This document shows, one piece after another, positions 9,760-19,460 of a stretch of DNA of 64,000 nucleotides; position 1 is the first letter of the stretch; every line of letters begins with the position of its first letter. Location: contig CAZOZN010000001.1 in NCBI GenBank assembly GCA_964584335.1, positions 307,882 through 371,881 on the forward strand, in the 5' to 3' direction. Made by a program: the position numbers and the translations under genes. This DNA comes from an uncultured archaeon (GTDB lineage: Archaea; Aenigmatarchaeota; Aenigmatarchaeia; PWEA01; JAGHBM01). A model generated the notes under the pieces. The model did not search any database. It saw only the letters and a list, made by a program, of their open reading frames with translations, and was not told the DNA's origin.

Positions 9760-11111
9760 AGTCTGGGAAGATTGTGTTTTAATTCGTAGGGGCTCACTTT
9801 TCTCAGATAATCTTTGTAATTGTTGAGCTCTTTCTTTCTGTTTTGTATAAAACTTTTGTAAGCGTGATTGCCCAGAGTTTCTTTCACAAGACTTCCCTCT
9901 TCCGTAAACTTTAGTGACTCATCCAGGCTACTTGGCAGGCTTTCTATACCCAGTCTCTTTTTCTTTTTATCAGACATCTTGTAAACATCCTCGTTTACTG
10001 GAGCAGGGAGTTCATAATCATTTTTTATCCCATCAACACCAGCAGCAAGAGAGACGGCAAGAGCAAGGTATATGTTGCATGCGGGGTCGGGATTTCTCTG
10101 CTCGATTCTGGTCGAGTTTCCCTTTCCGTTGGGTACTCTAAAAAGAGTAGACCTGTTCCTGAATGCCCAAACATTTTCTGTCGGAGCCTCAAAACCCGGC
10201 TGAAGCCTTTTGTAAGAATTGACATATTGGTTTGTAACGGACGTTATCTGGTGTACGTTATGTATTAATCCGGACAAATATTTTTTTGCGGTTTCAGAAA
10301 GAATAAAATCACTGCCTTCATCGTAAAAAAGATTTTCTTTGCCTTTCCACAAAGACTGGTTAAGATGCATACCGTTTCCATTTTCTGTATCCAATGGCTT
10401 AGGCATAAAAGAAGCATGTATTCCCATGTAGTTTGCTGTTTTCTTTACTGTGTCCTTTAAAATCATTATATTGTCAGCGGTTTCTATGGCATTACCATAC
10501 TTCAAATCTATCTCATGCTGGCTTTTAGCAACTTCGTGATGGTCATATTCACACTCAATTCCCATTTCATCAAGAGAAAGCATAACGTTCTTTCTTAACA
10601 CCTCATTGGGGTCGTCCATTGCACCAAAGTACCCGTCTCTGTCCAGAGGTTTGTTTGTCTTGTTATCAGGAAATAAGAAGAATTCAGGCTCCGGTCCCAC
10701 TTTAAAGCTGTCTGCACAAACATCCTTAAGATTTCTTAAAGTTTTCTGTAGTATATACCTGGAATCTCCCTCGTTTGGCGTTCCGTCAACATTGTAAATA
10801 TTGCATATGGCCATCCCGACGCTGTAATCCTTGCCCTTGTATGAGTACTTTCTCGGGGATACTCTGAATGTTTTGGGGTCTGGTTTGGCTATAAGGTCGC
10901 TCTCCTCAATTTTTTCCCTGTTCAAGCCTTCTATAGAAGAGCCGTCTATACCACTTCCGTTAGAAAAAACATCATCCAATACAGAAGCAGGCCTGCTAAA
11001 AAATTTGAAATCGCCAATAATATCGGTAAAATACATATTAACGAATTTTACATCATTTTCGTTTACGCAGTCCAGTATTTGGCTGGAATTTTCAAATCCC
11101 CATTTCTTCAA
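9756..11111 (-). CDS. glnA: Glutamine synthetase type I
   Basis: DGSSIEG, ESDL..PD, GPEPEFF, HHEVA..QHE, FMPKP..NGNGMH, NSYKRL, NRS, RIEQR; probable TTG start after GGGTGTG SD. Confidence 0.95.
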   Translation of the reverse strand: MKKWGFENSSQILDCVNENDVKFVNMYFTDIIGDFKFFSRPASVLDDVFSNGSGIDGSSIEGLNREKIEESDLIAKPDPKTFRVSPRKYSYKGKDYSVGMAICNIYNVDGTPNEGDSRYILQKTLRNLKDVCADSFKVGPEPEFFLFPDNKTNKPLDRDGYFGAMDDPNEVLRKNVMLSLDEMGIECEYDHHEVAKSQHEIDLKYGNAIETADNIMILKDTVKKTANYMGIHASFMPKPLDTENGNGMHLNQSLWKGKENLFYDEGSDFILSETAKKYLSGLIHNVHQITSVTNQYVNSYKRLQPGFEAPTENVWAFRNRSTLFRVPNGKGNSTRIEQRNPDPACNIYLALAVSLAAGVDGIKNDYELPAPVNEDVYKMSDKKKKRLGIESLPSSLDESLKFTEEGSLVKETLGNHAYKSFIQNRKKELNNYKDYLRKVSPYELKHNLPRL

Positions 11112-11276
11112 AAAACACACCCAATGAAAGATAATTAAAAAACTAAACTATAAATAAGTCAAAAAATCACCAAATTCAAGGCTTTATTTAAAAAGAAAGG
11201 CAAAATTTTAAATAGGTGACATATTTAAATACACTTAGTCTAATTAAAAAGACTTAAAAAATAGGGGTGAAGAAGA

Positions 11277-11792
11277 ATGGAAATATCCGATGAGCTCAAT
11301 AATAAGATTTTGGAAGCTGTAGAAGCAGCAAGAGCGACAGGTTATATTAGAAAAGGTACTAATGAAGCTACCAAAGCGGTAGAGAGAGGAGCAGCAGAGC
11401 TGGTTGTAATAGCAAAAGATGTTGATCCGCCGGAAATTGTAATGCATTTGCCTCCGCTTTGTGAAGAGAAAAATATACCTTGTGTTTATACTAAAAGCAA
11501 AGATGACCTTGGTAGGGCTGCTGGTATTGATGTAAGATGTGCTGCTATAGCCATAGCAAAATCTGGAGAAGCAAAAAAGATAATAGAAGAAATAACAGGC
11601 AAAGGAAAGAAAGAAGAAACAAAAGAGAAAAAAGAAGCCAAGAAAGAGAAGCCAAAAAAAGAAGAAAAGAAAGAGCCTAAAAAAGAGGAAAAAGAAAAAA
11701 AGACTGAAAAGAAGAAAGAAGAAAAGAAACCAGCGAAGAAAGAAGAAACCAAGGAAGAAAAAAAGAAAGAAAATACTTCTGAAGCTAAATGA
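11277..11792 (+). CDS. rpl7ae: Ribosomal protein L7Ae with Lys/Glu-rich C-terminal tail
   Basis: [38 protein letters not shown]; SD ggggtga. Confidence 0.96.
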   Translation: MEISDELNNKILEAVEAARATGYIRKGTNEATKAVERGAAELVVIAKDVDPPEIVMHLPPLCEEKNIPCVYTKSKDDLGRAAGIDVRCAAIAIAKSGEAKKIIEEITGKGKKEETKEKKEAKKEKPKKEEKKEPKKEEKEKKTEKKKEEKKPAKKEETKEEKKKENTSEAK

Positions 11793-11804
11793 TAGGTGAA
11801 TTAG

Positions 11805-12044
11805 ATGGCAAGAAAGAAAGCCAAAGTTAGTCATAAGAGTGAATTTGAAGATGCAGTTTCCGCTGAAATAGTAAAAGTTATAAGAAGAGGCGGTGTTAAG
11901 GGAGTTACTGCAGTCAGATGTAAGGTTCTTGACGGAAGAGACAAGGGGAAAATACTACAAAGAAACGTTATGGGGCCGGTTAGAAAAGGAGACGTGTTAA
12001 TGTTAAGAGAGACAGAAATGGAAAGCTCCGGAAGCTTCGGGTGA
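11805..12044 (+). CDS. rps28e: Ribosomal protein S28e
   Basis: [35 protein letters not shown]. Confidence 0.95.
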   Translation: MARKKAKVSHKSEFEDAVSAEIVKVIRRGGVKGVTAVRCKVLDGRDKGKILQRNVMGPVRKGDVLMLRETEMESSGSFG

Positions 12045-12048
12045 TTAA

Positions 12049-12228
12049 ATGAAATGTACATACTGCGGAAACAATATACCTGAAGAGAAGACGAGGCTTT
12101 TCGTTAAGAAAGACGGCAAAGTTTTATCTTTCTGTTCTACAAAATGCGAAAAAAGTTTTATGATGAAAAGAGACCCAAGGAAAAAGCAGTGGACAAGGAC
12201 AAGCAGGAAATTGAGGGGCAAAGAATGA
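12049..12228 (+). CDS. rpl24e: Ribosomal protein L24e
   Basis: Manual translation MKCTYCGNNIP...FVKKDGKVLSFCSTKCEK...PRKKQWT; expected position after rps28e; not in the ORF track. Confidence 0.92.
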   Translation: MKCTYCGNNIPEEKTRLFVKKDGKVLSFCSTKCEKSFMMKRDPRKKQWTRTSRKLRGKE

Positions 12229-12878
12229 AATCAAAAATTGTATTGTTGGGGCCTCCCGGTTCAGGAAAAGGAACTTACGCTTCAAGGCTTGAAAAGAAAT
12301 TTGGATGGCCTCAGATATCAACCGGTGACCTTCTAAGACAATCCGTGAAAAAAGATACGGAACTGGGTAAAGAAGCAAAAAAATACATGGACGAGGGAAA
12401 ACTGGTTCCGAATGAAATAGTAATAAAGCTTCTAAAAGAAAGAATTTCGAAAGACGACTGCGAAGAAGGTTTTATTCTTGATGGTTTTCCAAGGTCTTTG
12501 GAACAGGCAAAAGAACTGGAAAAAATAACAGAAATAGAGCTAGTTATAAACTTGGTTGTCCCAAAGGAAATAATTATACACAGGCTTTCTACAAGAAGAG
12601 TTTGTAAAAAGTGTGGAGCAATATACAGTGTAGCTTCAGCGGCTGTTATGCCTGAAGTTGAAGGAATTTGTGACAAATGCGGCGGTGAGCTTTACCAAAG
12701 AGATGATGACAAGCCTGAAGTTATAAACAAAAGGCTTGTTGTATACAAAGAACAAACAGCACCGCTTATAGAGTTTTACACAGAAAAAGGGATATTAGAA
12801 AATATAGAATGTAATGATGCAGATTCTCCTCCGGAAATAACTGTAGAAAAGATAGCAAAAGTTATTGAAGAAAATTAA
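12225..12878 (+). CDS. adk: Adenylate kinase, bacterial long-lid (zinc) type
   Basis: GPPGSGKGT, STGDLLR, GFILDGFPR, CKKC..CDKC lid, QRDDD; ATGA overlap with rpl24e. Confidence 0.95.
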   Translation: MKSKIVLLGPPGSGKGTYASRLEKKFGWPQISTGDLLRQSVKKDTELGKEAKKYMDEGKLVPNEIVIKLLKERISKDDCEEGFILDGFPRSLEQAKELEKITEIELVINLVVPKEIIIHRLSTRRVCKKCGAIYSVASAAVMPEVEGICDKCGGELYQRDDDKPEVINKRLVVYKEQTAPLIEFYTEKGILENIECNDADSPPEITVEKIAKVIEEN

Positions 12879-13208
12879 TTATTCTGCAATTGATTTTTTT
12901 AGTCTTTCAAGATGTTCTTCTGAAACTTCAACATTTCTTTGGTCTCTACCTACTTTATCAGAAAGTTCTCTGACCGCGGATTCCAGCTCTTTCATTCTTT
13001 TTTCAACTTTGCCTTCAATTGATTGCATATAAAGGTTCCTAGACCCCTGTAGAGCAAGTTTCACAAGTCTCTCATCCACGTTTTCGCCTTTAGCCTCCTC
13101 TTTAACCTCTCTTTCATCCCTTAGCTTGTTTATTTCCTCTGTATGAAGACTAAGTATTTCCTTTATTTCCCTTATTGCTACTATAAGCTCTATTAAAAAT
13201 TTATCCAC
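12879..13208 (-). CDS. Hypothetical coiled-coil protein
   Basis: 109-aa charged helical ORF; SD cggtga. Confidence 0.65.
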   Translation of the reverse strand: MDKFLIELIVAIREIKEILSLHTEEINKLRDEREVKEEAKGENVDERLVKLALQGSRNLYMQSIEGKVEKRMKELESAVRELSDKVGRDQRNVEVSEEHLERLKKSIAE

Positions 13209-13220
13209 GATATCACCGTT

Positions 13221-13409
13221 TTATTTCTTTAATTCTTCAAGTATACTGCTCTTTACCTTACCTCCTCTTGTCTCTCTCATAACCTTTTCCATTATGTTAA
13301 CTCTTTTCTGTAAAGTAAAAATATTCTTTTCCTGCTCTTCGAGCCTTTTGTTTATTATAGAAGTCATTTCCCTCAAGAACTTATCTAAAGACATCATTTC
13401 TTCTACCAT
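13221..13409 (-). CDS. Hypothetical small coiled-coil protein
   Basis: 62-aa ORF co-oriented with the next gene; shares DKFL.E. Confidence 0.6.
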   Translation of the reverse strand: MVEEMMSLDKFLREMTSIINKRLEEQEKNIFTLQKRVNIMEKVMRETRGGKVKSSILEELKK

Positions 13410-13482
13410 GTTAACTAATTGTTCAAAAAGAGATAAATATTAGTTTTAAAAGTTTTTTAAAAAGACACTACATAATATTTTT

Positions 13483-13668
13483 ATGAACTTACTGGACATA
13501 TCAGCCTTTGTTATAGAAAATAATATTGTCTTTCTCTGGGGGTTCATATTTCTAATAATCGGAATTTTCTTCGGTTACGTATTGGGATTATATAATTATG
13601 TTATAAGACACTGGGGAGAAGTCAAGCAGGTTTCTGAAGAAGTGCAGGAGAGAGGTAATAAAAAATGA
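13483..13668 (+). CDS. Small single-TM protein
   Basis: 61 aa; ATGA-coupled to the next ORF. Confidence 0.6.
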   Translation: MNLLDISAFVIENNIVFLWGFIFLIIGIFFGYVLGLYNYVIRHWGEVKQVSEEVQERGNKK

Positions 13669-13847
13669 ATCCCTTTTATGAGGTAAGAATATACATAGAG
13701 AACAACATATCAGCCTTAATAAATTTTGTAGGGGATAACAATCTCCTGATAGAAACCTGTGCGATAACTTTCTTTGTAGGTTTGGTTATAGGTTACCTTT
13801 TATCTTGGTACAAATATTTTTGGAAACACTTCATGTACAGAGCTTAA
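13665..13847 (+). CDS. Small single-TM protein, paralog of the preceding ORF
   Basis: 60 aa; shares IENNI and G...GY.L..Y.Y...H. Confidence 0.6.
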   Translation: MNPFYEVRIYIENNISALINFVGDNNLLIETCAITFFVGLVIGYLLSWYKYFWKHFMYRA

Positions 13848-13887
13848 GGATTTAAAACTTTCTGTTCAATAAGTAATAGGGATAATT

Positions 13888-15765
13888 TTGAAGCTTTCAA
13901 AGAGCGATTACAACTGTCTCAACTACTTTTCTTCAAAAATCAGACACTATATTATAGACGAGATAATAGAAGCTCAATCCGGTCATCCCGGGGGCAGTCT
14001 CTCGGCTGCGGACATAACATCTGTTCTCTACGGTAAGGAAATGAAATACGACCCAAGCAATCCAAAAAGACCGGACAGAGACAGGTTAATATTCTCAAAA
14101 GGTCATGGTGTTCCGGCTCAATATGCGGCTCTTGCAACCACGGGTTACTTTGAAAAAGAAAAGTTAAAGACATTGAGAAACTACGGAAGCCCCCTGCAGG
14201 GACATCCGGAAAAGTCAACTCCCGGAATAGATGCCAACACGGGGTCGCTTGGAATGGGATTATCCGCTGGATTGGGCATGAACTTGGGGAAATGCCTTGA
14301 AAAAAGAGACTACCATACATTTGTTTTAATAGGAGATGGAGAGACCAACGAAGGGCAGGTCTGGGAAGCACTTGACCACGGTGCGGTACTCGAACTGAAA
14401 GACACAACTCCTATAATAGACAGAAACCAGTACCAGATAGACGGGCATATAAACGAAGTTTCTGCTGGAGATTTGGTAGAAAAAATAAGCTCTTTTGGCT
14501 GGGAGACCATAAAAATAGACGGGCATGACATCAATCAAATTTATAATGCACTCGAATACTCAAGGAACACTCCGCATCCGACAGCAATAGTCGCAGACAC
14601 AATAAAGGGAAAAGGAGTAAGTTTCATGGAAAATAATCCTTACTGGCATGGCAGACCGCCAAAGGGTGAAAAAGCAGAGATTGCAAAAAAAGAGATTGGA
14701 GAAGAAATAGAAAAATGGGGCAATTTGGTTGATGAGAATGAATGGAATGAATTTATAGAAAAAGCAAAAAACAAGCTTCCAAAAAAGATACCATACAAAA
14801 AATTCAGTAAGTATAATATTCCGAAAAAGGAAAGTTACGAAAAAGGAAAGCTATATTCAATGAGAACTGTTTCCGGTGACTACATCTACGAGATGGCAAA
14901 GAAAAATAAAGACATATGCACTATGGTATGTGACTTAAAGGATTCTGTAAAATTAACAAAATGCTGCAATACAGGAAGGCATTCGGAAATCGGCATAAGG
15001 GAATCTCATATGTTCAGTTTTGCCTCGGGACTATCAGAAGAATATACCGTAATTCCTTCGACTTTTGATGTATTCATACCAAAAGGTTATGACCAGATAA
15101 GAATGATGTCGAAATCAAAAGACAATGTAAAGATATACACTACACACGGGGGAGTTAATGTGGGTAAGGACGGTTTCTCACACCAATCAAGAGTAACCCC
15201 TTTGCTGATGTATGACCTTCCGAATGTTAACACATGGGAACCGATTAAGCCAAGCGATATATCCCAGATTTGGGATATAGAAATGGATAGAAATGGTATG
15301 GCTTACATAAGGACACCAAGACACAGGTCAAAAGAAACGGGAGAAAAATATTCAGTAAATAATTATGAGGGAGTTTATAAACTCAAAGAAGAAGAAAAAC
15401 CTGATCTGGTTTTTGCCGGAATAGGTTACCTTGCGACCCATTGTTTTGATGCCTCAAAAGAACTGGAAAAAATTGGGATAAAATCAAAAGTTCTTGGAAT
15501 AAACAACTACAAGCTTGCAAAGAAAAACAAAAAGTGGACTGAAGAAATACCTCCCGATGTTCCAGTAATGAGTTATCATGATGCAACTTCTGTTCTGGCC
15601 GAAAATATAATAAGGGGTTCAATTCCATCAAAAAATAAAAATGAAATGTATTTCTGGGGAGTGGATGAGTTTGGGGAGTCCGGAGACATAAAAGACCTTT
15701 GGAAAAAATATGGCTTTGACAAAGAAAGTATGGTAAAAAGTGCAAGAAAAATAACAGGAAAGTAA
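13888..15765 (+). CDS. tkt: Transketolase (single-chain)
   Basis: GHPGGSLS, RDRLIFSKGH, LQGHP, GDGE..EG TPP motif, GIRE, GKDGFSHQ, FGESG. Confidence 0.92.
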   Translation: MKLSKSDYNCLNYFSSKIRHYIIDEIIEAQSGHPGGSLSAADITSVLYGKEMKYDPSNPKRPDRDRLIFSKGHGVPAQYAALATTGYFEKEKLKTLRNYGSPLQGHPEKSTPGIDANTGSLGMGLSAGLGMNLGKCLEKRDYHTFVLIGDGETNEGQVWEALDHGAVLELKDTTPIIDRNQYQIDGHINEVSAGDLVEKISSFGWETIKIDGHDINQIYNALEYSRNTPHPTAIVADTIKGKGVSFMENNPYWHGRPPKGEKAEIAKKEIGEEIEKWGNLVDENEWNEFIEKAKNKLPKKIPYKKFSKYNIPKKESYEKGKLYSMRTVSGDYIYEMAKKNKDICTMVCDLKDSVKLTKCCNTGRHSEIGIRESHMFSFASGLSEEYTVIPSTFDVFIPKGYDQIRMMSKSKDNVKIYTTHGGVNVGKDGFSHQSRVTPLLMYDLPNVNTWEPIKPSDISQIWDIEMDRNGMAYIRTPRHRSKETGEKYSVNNYEGVYKLKEEEKPDLVFAGIGYLATHCFDASKELEKIGIKSKVLGINNYKLAKKNKKWTEEIPPDVPVMSYHDATSVLAENIIRGSIPSKNKNEMYFWGVDEFGESGDIKDLWKKYGFDKESMVKSARKITGK

Positions 15766-15804
15766 AGCAACAATCAATTTAAATATTTAAAATATTATTT
15801 CTGT

Positions 15805-16446
15805 TTGATGACAGTAAAAGATGTTTTGCAAAACTTTAGCGAGGCAGACCTAATATGCTATCCGGAAATAGTGGACCTTGAAGTTTATAGGGAATTTTTA
15901 AAACCAAATATTGAACCCAGAGAAGAACCAAACGGCATGGTTGTTGGTGCCTTGTTTGACTGGGAGGCATCAGTAATTAAGAATTTCTTTGAAAGGGAAT
16001 ACGGCATAAAAAAAGAAAAAACAAAAGTGGCAGGTTGCAGCCTTGAAAACAGAACTATTTTCAATAAGGAAAAGGCTTTTGACTACCTAAAAACAGGAAG
16101 AATAGAGGGTGATGCATCATACTGCAATCTTTGGCTGGATTCTTTGAACAAAATGAAAATTAAAAATTTCAGTTATGATTTAGTTTCAATAAGAAACCCT
16201 GACCTTGTAAATATTGATAACTGGACAAAGGTTTATCTAAAGTCATTGGAATACCTTGAGCCAAAAGAAGGAGCACTAATTACCTTGATAAGAGAAGAAG
16301 ACGTTGAAAGATATGAAAAAGTAGAAAAAAATATAAAAAAAATATCAGGAATAGAACCTGTTTTATATGGTGAAACAGGAGTAGAGTATAAAGACGCTTG
16401 GATTAACCCACAGCACACAATAGGCATATTTAAGAACTCCTATTGA
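15805..16446 (+). CDS. Hypothetical protein (possible degenerate Rossmann methyltransferase fold)
   Basis: 213-aa ORF; YDLVSIRNP..LEPKEGAL resembles class I MTase strands. Confidence 0.5.
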   Translation: MMTVKDVLQNFSEADLICYPEIVDLEVYREFLKPNIEPREEPNGMVVGALFDWEASVIKNFFEREYGIKKEKTKVAGCSLENRTIFNKEKAFDYLKTGRIEGDASYCNLWLDSLNKMKIKNFSYDLVSIRNPDLVNIDNWTKVYLKSLEYLEPKEGALITLIREEDVERYEKVEKNIKKISGIEPVLYGETGVEYKDAWINPQHTIGIFKNSY

Positions 16447-16491
16447 CTAAACCTTAAATAATACCGACACTAATTTTCTCTGGGTGTTTAA

Positions 16492-18213
16492 ATGAGCGAT
16501 AACATAAGACAGCCTATAATATCTGTACTGGGACATGTAGACCATGGAAAAACAACAATATTAGACAATATAAGAAAGAGTACAGTAGCATCCGGCGAGG
16601 CGGGAGGCATAACCCAGCACATAGGAGCAACTGAAATACCGCTTGATATAATAAAAAAAATATGCGGCTGTCTCGTTGACAAGAGCAAAATAAAAATACC
16701 GGGCCTTCTCTTTATAGACACTCCGGGACACGAAGCATTTACAACACTCAGAAAAAGAGGCGGTAGCATAGCAGACCTGGCAGTTCTCGTAGTTGACGTT
16801 AATGACGGTTTCAAGCCTCAGACAGAAGAAAGCTTAATGTTTCTAAAAGAATTTAAAACACCATTCGTAATAGCAGCCAATAAAATCGATACTATTATGG
16901 GGTGGAAAAACAACAATACAAAGTCTTTTACAGAATCTTACAACAAACAAAGTGATTCCGTAAAGAGAGAACTCGACAATAAAGTTTATAATATATTGGG
17001 TTCTTTAAGTGAAAAAAGCATAAACTCCGAGAGATTTGACAGGGTATCGGACTTTAAAAACACCGTAGCAATAGTTCCCGTATCAGGTATAACAGGAGAA
17101 GGCATAGGAGAACTTTTGATGACTCTGATAGGATTATCCCAGCACTTTTTAAAAAATAAGATAGAGGTAAAAGAAAATAACGGTTATGGTAACGTTCTAG
17201 AAATAAAAGAAGTAAAGGGACTGGGAAAAACCTTGGATATTATACTATACGACGGTAAAATAGAGAAAGGAGATTTCCTTGTAATAGGAGCGGAAGAGCC
17301 CATAGTAACAACCGTAAAGGCGCTACTAAAACCGAGAGAGATGGGAGAACTGAGAGTAGAAAAGAAGTTCAACTACATAGACAGTGTCACTGCAGCTTCT
17401 GGGATAAAAATAGCAGCTCCAAACATAGACTGTGTAATACCCGGCTCTCCCATAAGGACTTGCAAAAAAGAACATCTGGAAATAATGAAAGAAGAACTCA
17501 GAAAGGAGGTAGAATCAGTAGAAATAGAAACAGAAAAAGAAGGCGTAATGATAAAGGCTGACACGCTGGGTTCTTTAGAAGGCTTGATAAAGGTGTTGAA
17601 GGATAAGGAAATACCCATAAGAAAAGCAAAGATAGGTTGCGTAAATAAGTGCGATACTATGGAGATGAATTCTCTTAGGGACACGATAAACAGAGTAATT
17701 TTTGCTTTCAATGTAAGTGTACTGCCCGAAGCAAAGGATTGTGAAAATGTTAAGATTTTTGAAAGCCCTATAATATACAAACTAATAGAAAATTATGAAG
17801 ACTGGAAAGAGGAAAAGAAAAACGAGAAAGAGAGAAAGAAACTTTCAAGCGTAACCAGACCCGGCAAGATAAAAATACTTCCGGGATATATATTCAGAGC
17901 TTCGAATCCTGCAATTGTAGGAGTTGATGTGGTTGGTGGTGTTATAAAACCGGGTTATTCTCTTGTCAAAGAGGGGAAAATAGTTGGAAGTATAAAACAA
18001 ATACAGAAAGAAGGATGTAATGTCTCAGAGGCAAAATACGGGGATAAGCTGGCTGTTTCTATAGAAGGTCCCACGGTAGGCAGGCAGATAAAAGAAGGCG
18101 ACGAACTCTACAATGCAATGAGCAGGGAAAATATGAAAAAACTTGAAGAAATGAAAAATTTGCTATCTAAAACTGAATTGGATGTACTTGAAGAAGTAAA
18201 AGACATGATTTAA
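16492..18213 (+). CDS. infB: Translation initiation factor aIF5B (IF-2)
   Basis: RQPII..GHVDHGKTT, GGITQHIGAT, DTPGHEAF, NKID, KADTLGSLE. Confidence 0.97.
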   Translation: MSDNIRQPIISVLGHVDHGKTTILDNIRKSTVASGEAGGITQHIGATEIPLDIIKKICGCLVDKSKIKIPGLLFIDTPGHEAFTTLRKRGGSIADLAVLVVDVNDGFKPQTEESLMFLKEFKTPFVIAANKIDTIMGWKNNNTKSFTESYNKQSDSVKRELDNKVYNILGSLSEKSINSERFDRVSDFKNTVAIVPVSGITGEGIGELLMTLIGLSQHFLKNKIEVKENNGYGNVLEIKEVKGLGKTLDIILYDGKIEKGDFLVIGAEEPIVTTVKALLKPREMGELRVEKKFNYIDSVTAASGIKIAAPNIDCVIPGSPIRTCKKEHLEIMKEELRKEVESVEIETEKEGVMIKADTLGSLEGLIKVLKDKEIPIRKAKIGCVNKCDTMEMNSLRDTINRVIFAFNVSVLPEAKDCENVKIFESPIIYKLIENYEDWKEEKKNEKERKKLSSVTRPGKIKILPGYIFRASNPAIVGVDVVGGVIKPGYSLVKEGKIVGSIKQIQKEGCNVSEAKYGDKLAVSIEGPTVGRQIKEGDELYNAMSRENMKKLEEMKNLLSKTELDVLEEVKDMI

Positions 18214-18214
18214 T

Positions 18215-18505
18215 CTAGTTATGTAATTCATTAAAATGATACTTGTCCAACTTAATAAACTCGTTCTTACTAAGCTTAATTTTGTCAGAGCTTACGTATC
18301 CGTTGTTCTTGTTTGAGGTTTCGTAAAATTCTTTTTCAGTCTTTTCAAGGCCGTCCTCAAGAGACCAACAGAACTTAAGAAGAGGCTTCCTGTCCTTTTC
18401 TACAAATCCCCTAATCTTTTCAATTTCACCTTTCCTTCTCTTCATTAGAGTTTCGTAGTCAACAATTTCATACTTAACGAAATAATCCGTATCCATTATC
18501 ATCAC
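18215..18505 (-). CDS. Hypothetical protein
   Basis: 96-aa ORF; SD aggtga. Confidence 0.6.
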   Translation of the reverse strand: MMIMDTDYFVKYEIVDYETLMKRRKGEIEKIRGFVEKDRKPLLKFCWSLEDGLEKTEKEFYETSNKNNGYVSSDKIKLSKNEFIKLDKYHFNELHN

Positions 18506-18589
18506 CTAAATTTACAGAATCAAAAGTATGTAAAGAAAGGTATTTAAAACTATTGATAAAAACAAACCTGGTCCAAAAAATTAAAGGAC

Positions 18590-18808
18590 CTAAAGTTTAT
18601 GGTAATTATATTCTGTTTGATTTTCTTTATCGTATACAACAGCACTCTTGAATTGGCCATTATCGTATAAATTTTGTCCGAATTTGTTTTCGAGGTTGTA
18701 TATCTTATTCCATTCTCCAACTACCTCACCGAATGTACCAATATGTTTATTAATTTCGTTGAGCCTGTCGCCAAACTTGTCCGAAACAACAGAGTATTCT
18801 TTTTCCAT
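18590..18808 (-). CDS. Hypothetical protein
   Basis: 72-aa ORF; SD gggtgg. Confidence 0.6.
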   Translation of the reverse strand: MEKEYSVVSDKFGDRLNEINKHIGTFGEVVGEWNKIYNLENKFGQNLYDNGQFKSAVVYDKENQTEYNYHKL

Positions 18809-18896
18809 TATTTACCACCCCACAGTAACAGTATTAGTAAAACTGGTATATAAAGTTAACTGTTACCTAAAAGTAGTGAAATATATATACTATAAT

Positions 18897-19436
18897 ATGC
18901 AAACAATAAATGATAATATGGTAAAAGGAGAGCCAAAAATTGTTGCAAGAAAAATATTGGAAGTGCCGGAAACCAAAAGATGGTTAATCGAGGTACCTTT
19001 AAAGGTTTATCGTTTTGACTCAGGCAGAGACCCGGAAGGATACAGACACCTCGAAGAATCTGCAAAAAAGTCTATTGAAATGATGGCCGAATCAGGAAAT
19101 TTGTGTGAAGTTGGAATAGGTTCCGTATACGGTTATGAAACAAAAGAAGGTTATGTAGATGGTGCGGCACTGGGTTTTATAAGAAAAAATCCTAGAAACA
19201 AAACCAACCCCATGTACCATCCTTGGACATGGGAAAACGGAAGAGAGCTTCACGTTGGCAAAGAAGGCTCTAACTGCAGAAAAGAAGTAGCCGATATAAT
19301 AAGCTCGGAAATTAATTTTCACAGGGAATGTGACGGATATTTGTACAGATATTTGTCTGAATTTGCATGTCAAACTGATTTAGAGTTCGAAGATATTGAA
19401 AGGGGAGACAATCCTTTCTCTTTAGAAAAAGCTTAA
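18897..19436 (+). CDS. Hypothetical protein
   Basis: Likely start at 18897 or 18918; the upstream extension in the track overlaps an opposite-strand gene. Confidence 0.6.
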   Translation: MQTINDNMVKGEPKIVARKILEVPETKRWLIEVPLKVYRFDSGRDPEGYRHLEESAKKSIEMMAESGNLCEVGIGSVYGYETKEGYVDGAALGFIRKNPRNKTNPMYHPWTWENGRELHVGKEGSNCRKEVADIISSEINFHRECDGYLYRYLSEFACQTDLEFEDIERGDNPFSLEKA

Positions 19437-19460
19437 ATATCTTTTGACTTAATTGTCTAC

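Noticed and set aside
11225-11276. Autoregulatory K-turn in the rpl7ae leader
   Set aside because: Only a weak AGTCT/AGACT hairpin, without tandem GA pairs
11244-11834. Phe/Ser-rich antisense ORFs over the L7Ae, S6e and S24e tails (also 20177-20656, 29649-30170) and the Lys/Arg ORF 20392-20685
   Set aside because: Shadow frames of purine-rich KE codons
12144-12224. N-terminal extension of adk in the ORF track
   Set aside because: The region is the rpl24e coding sequence in another frame; adk starts at 12225
17901-17910. TTCGAATCC T-loop-like words (also ~60493)
   Set aside because: Inside protein-coding genes, with no cloverleaf
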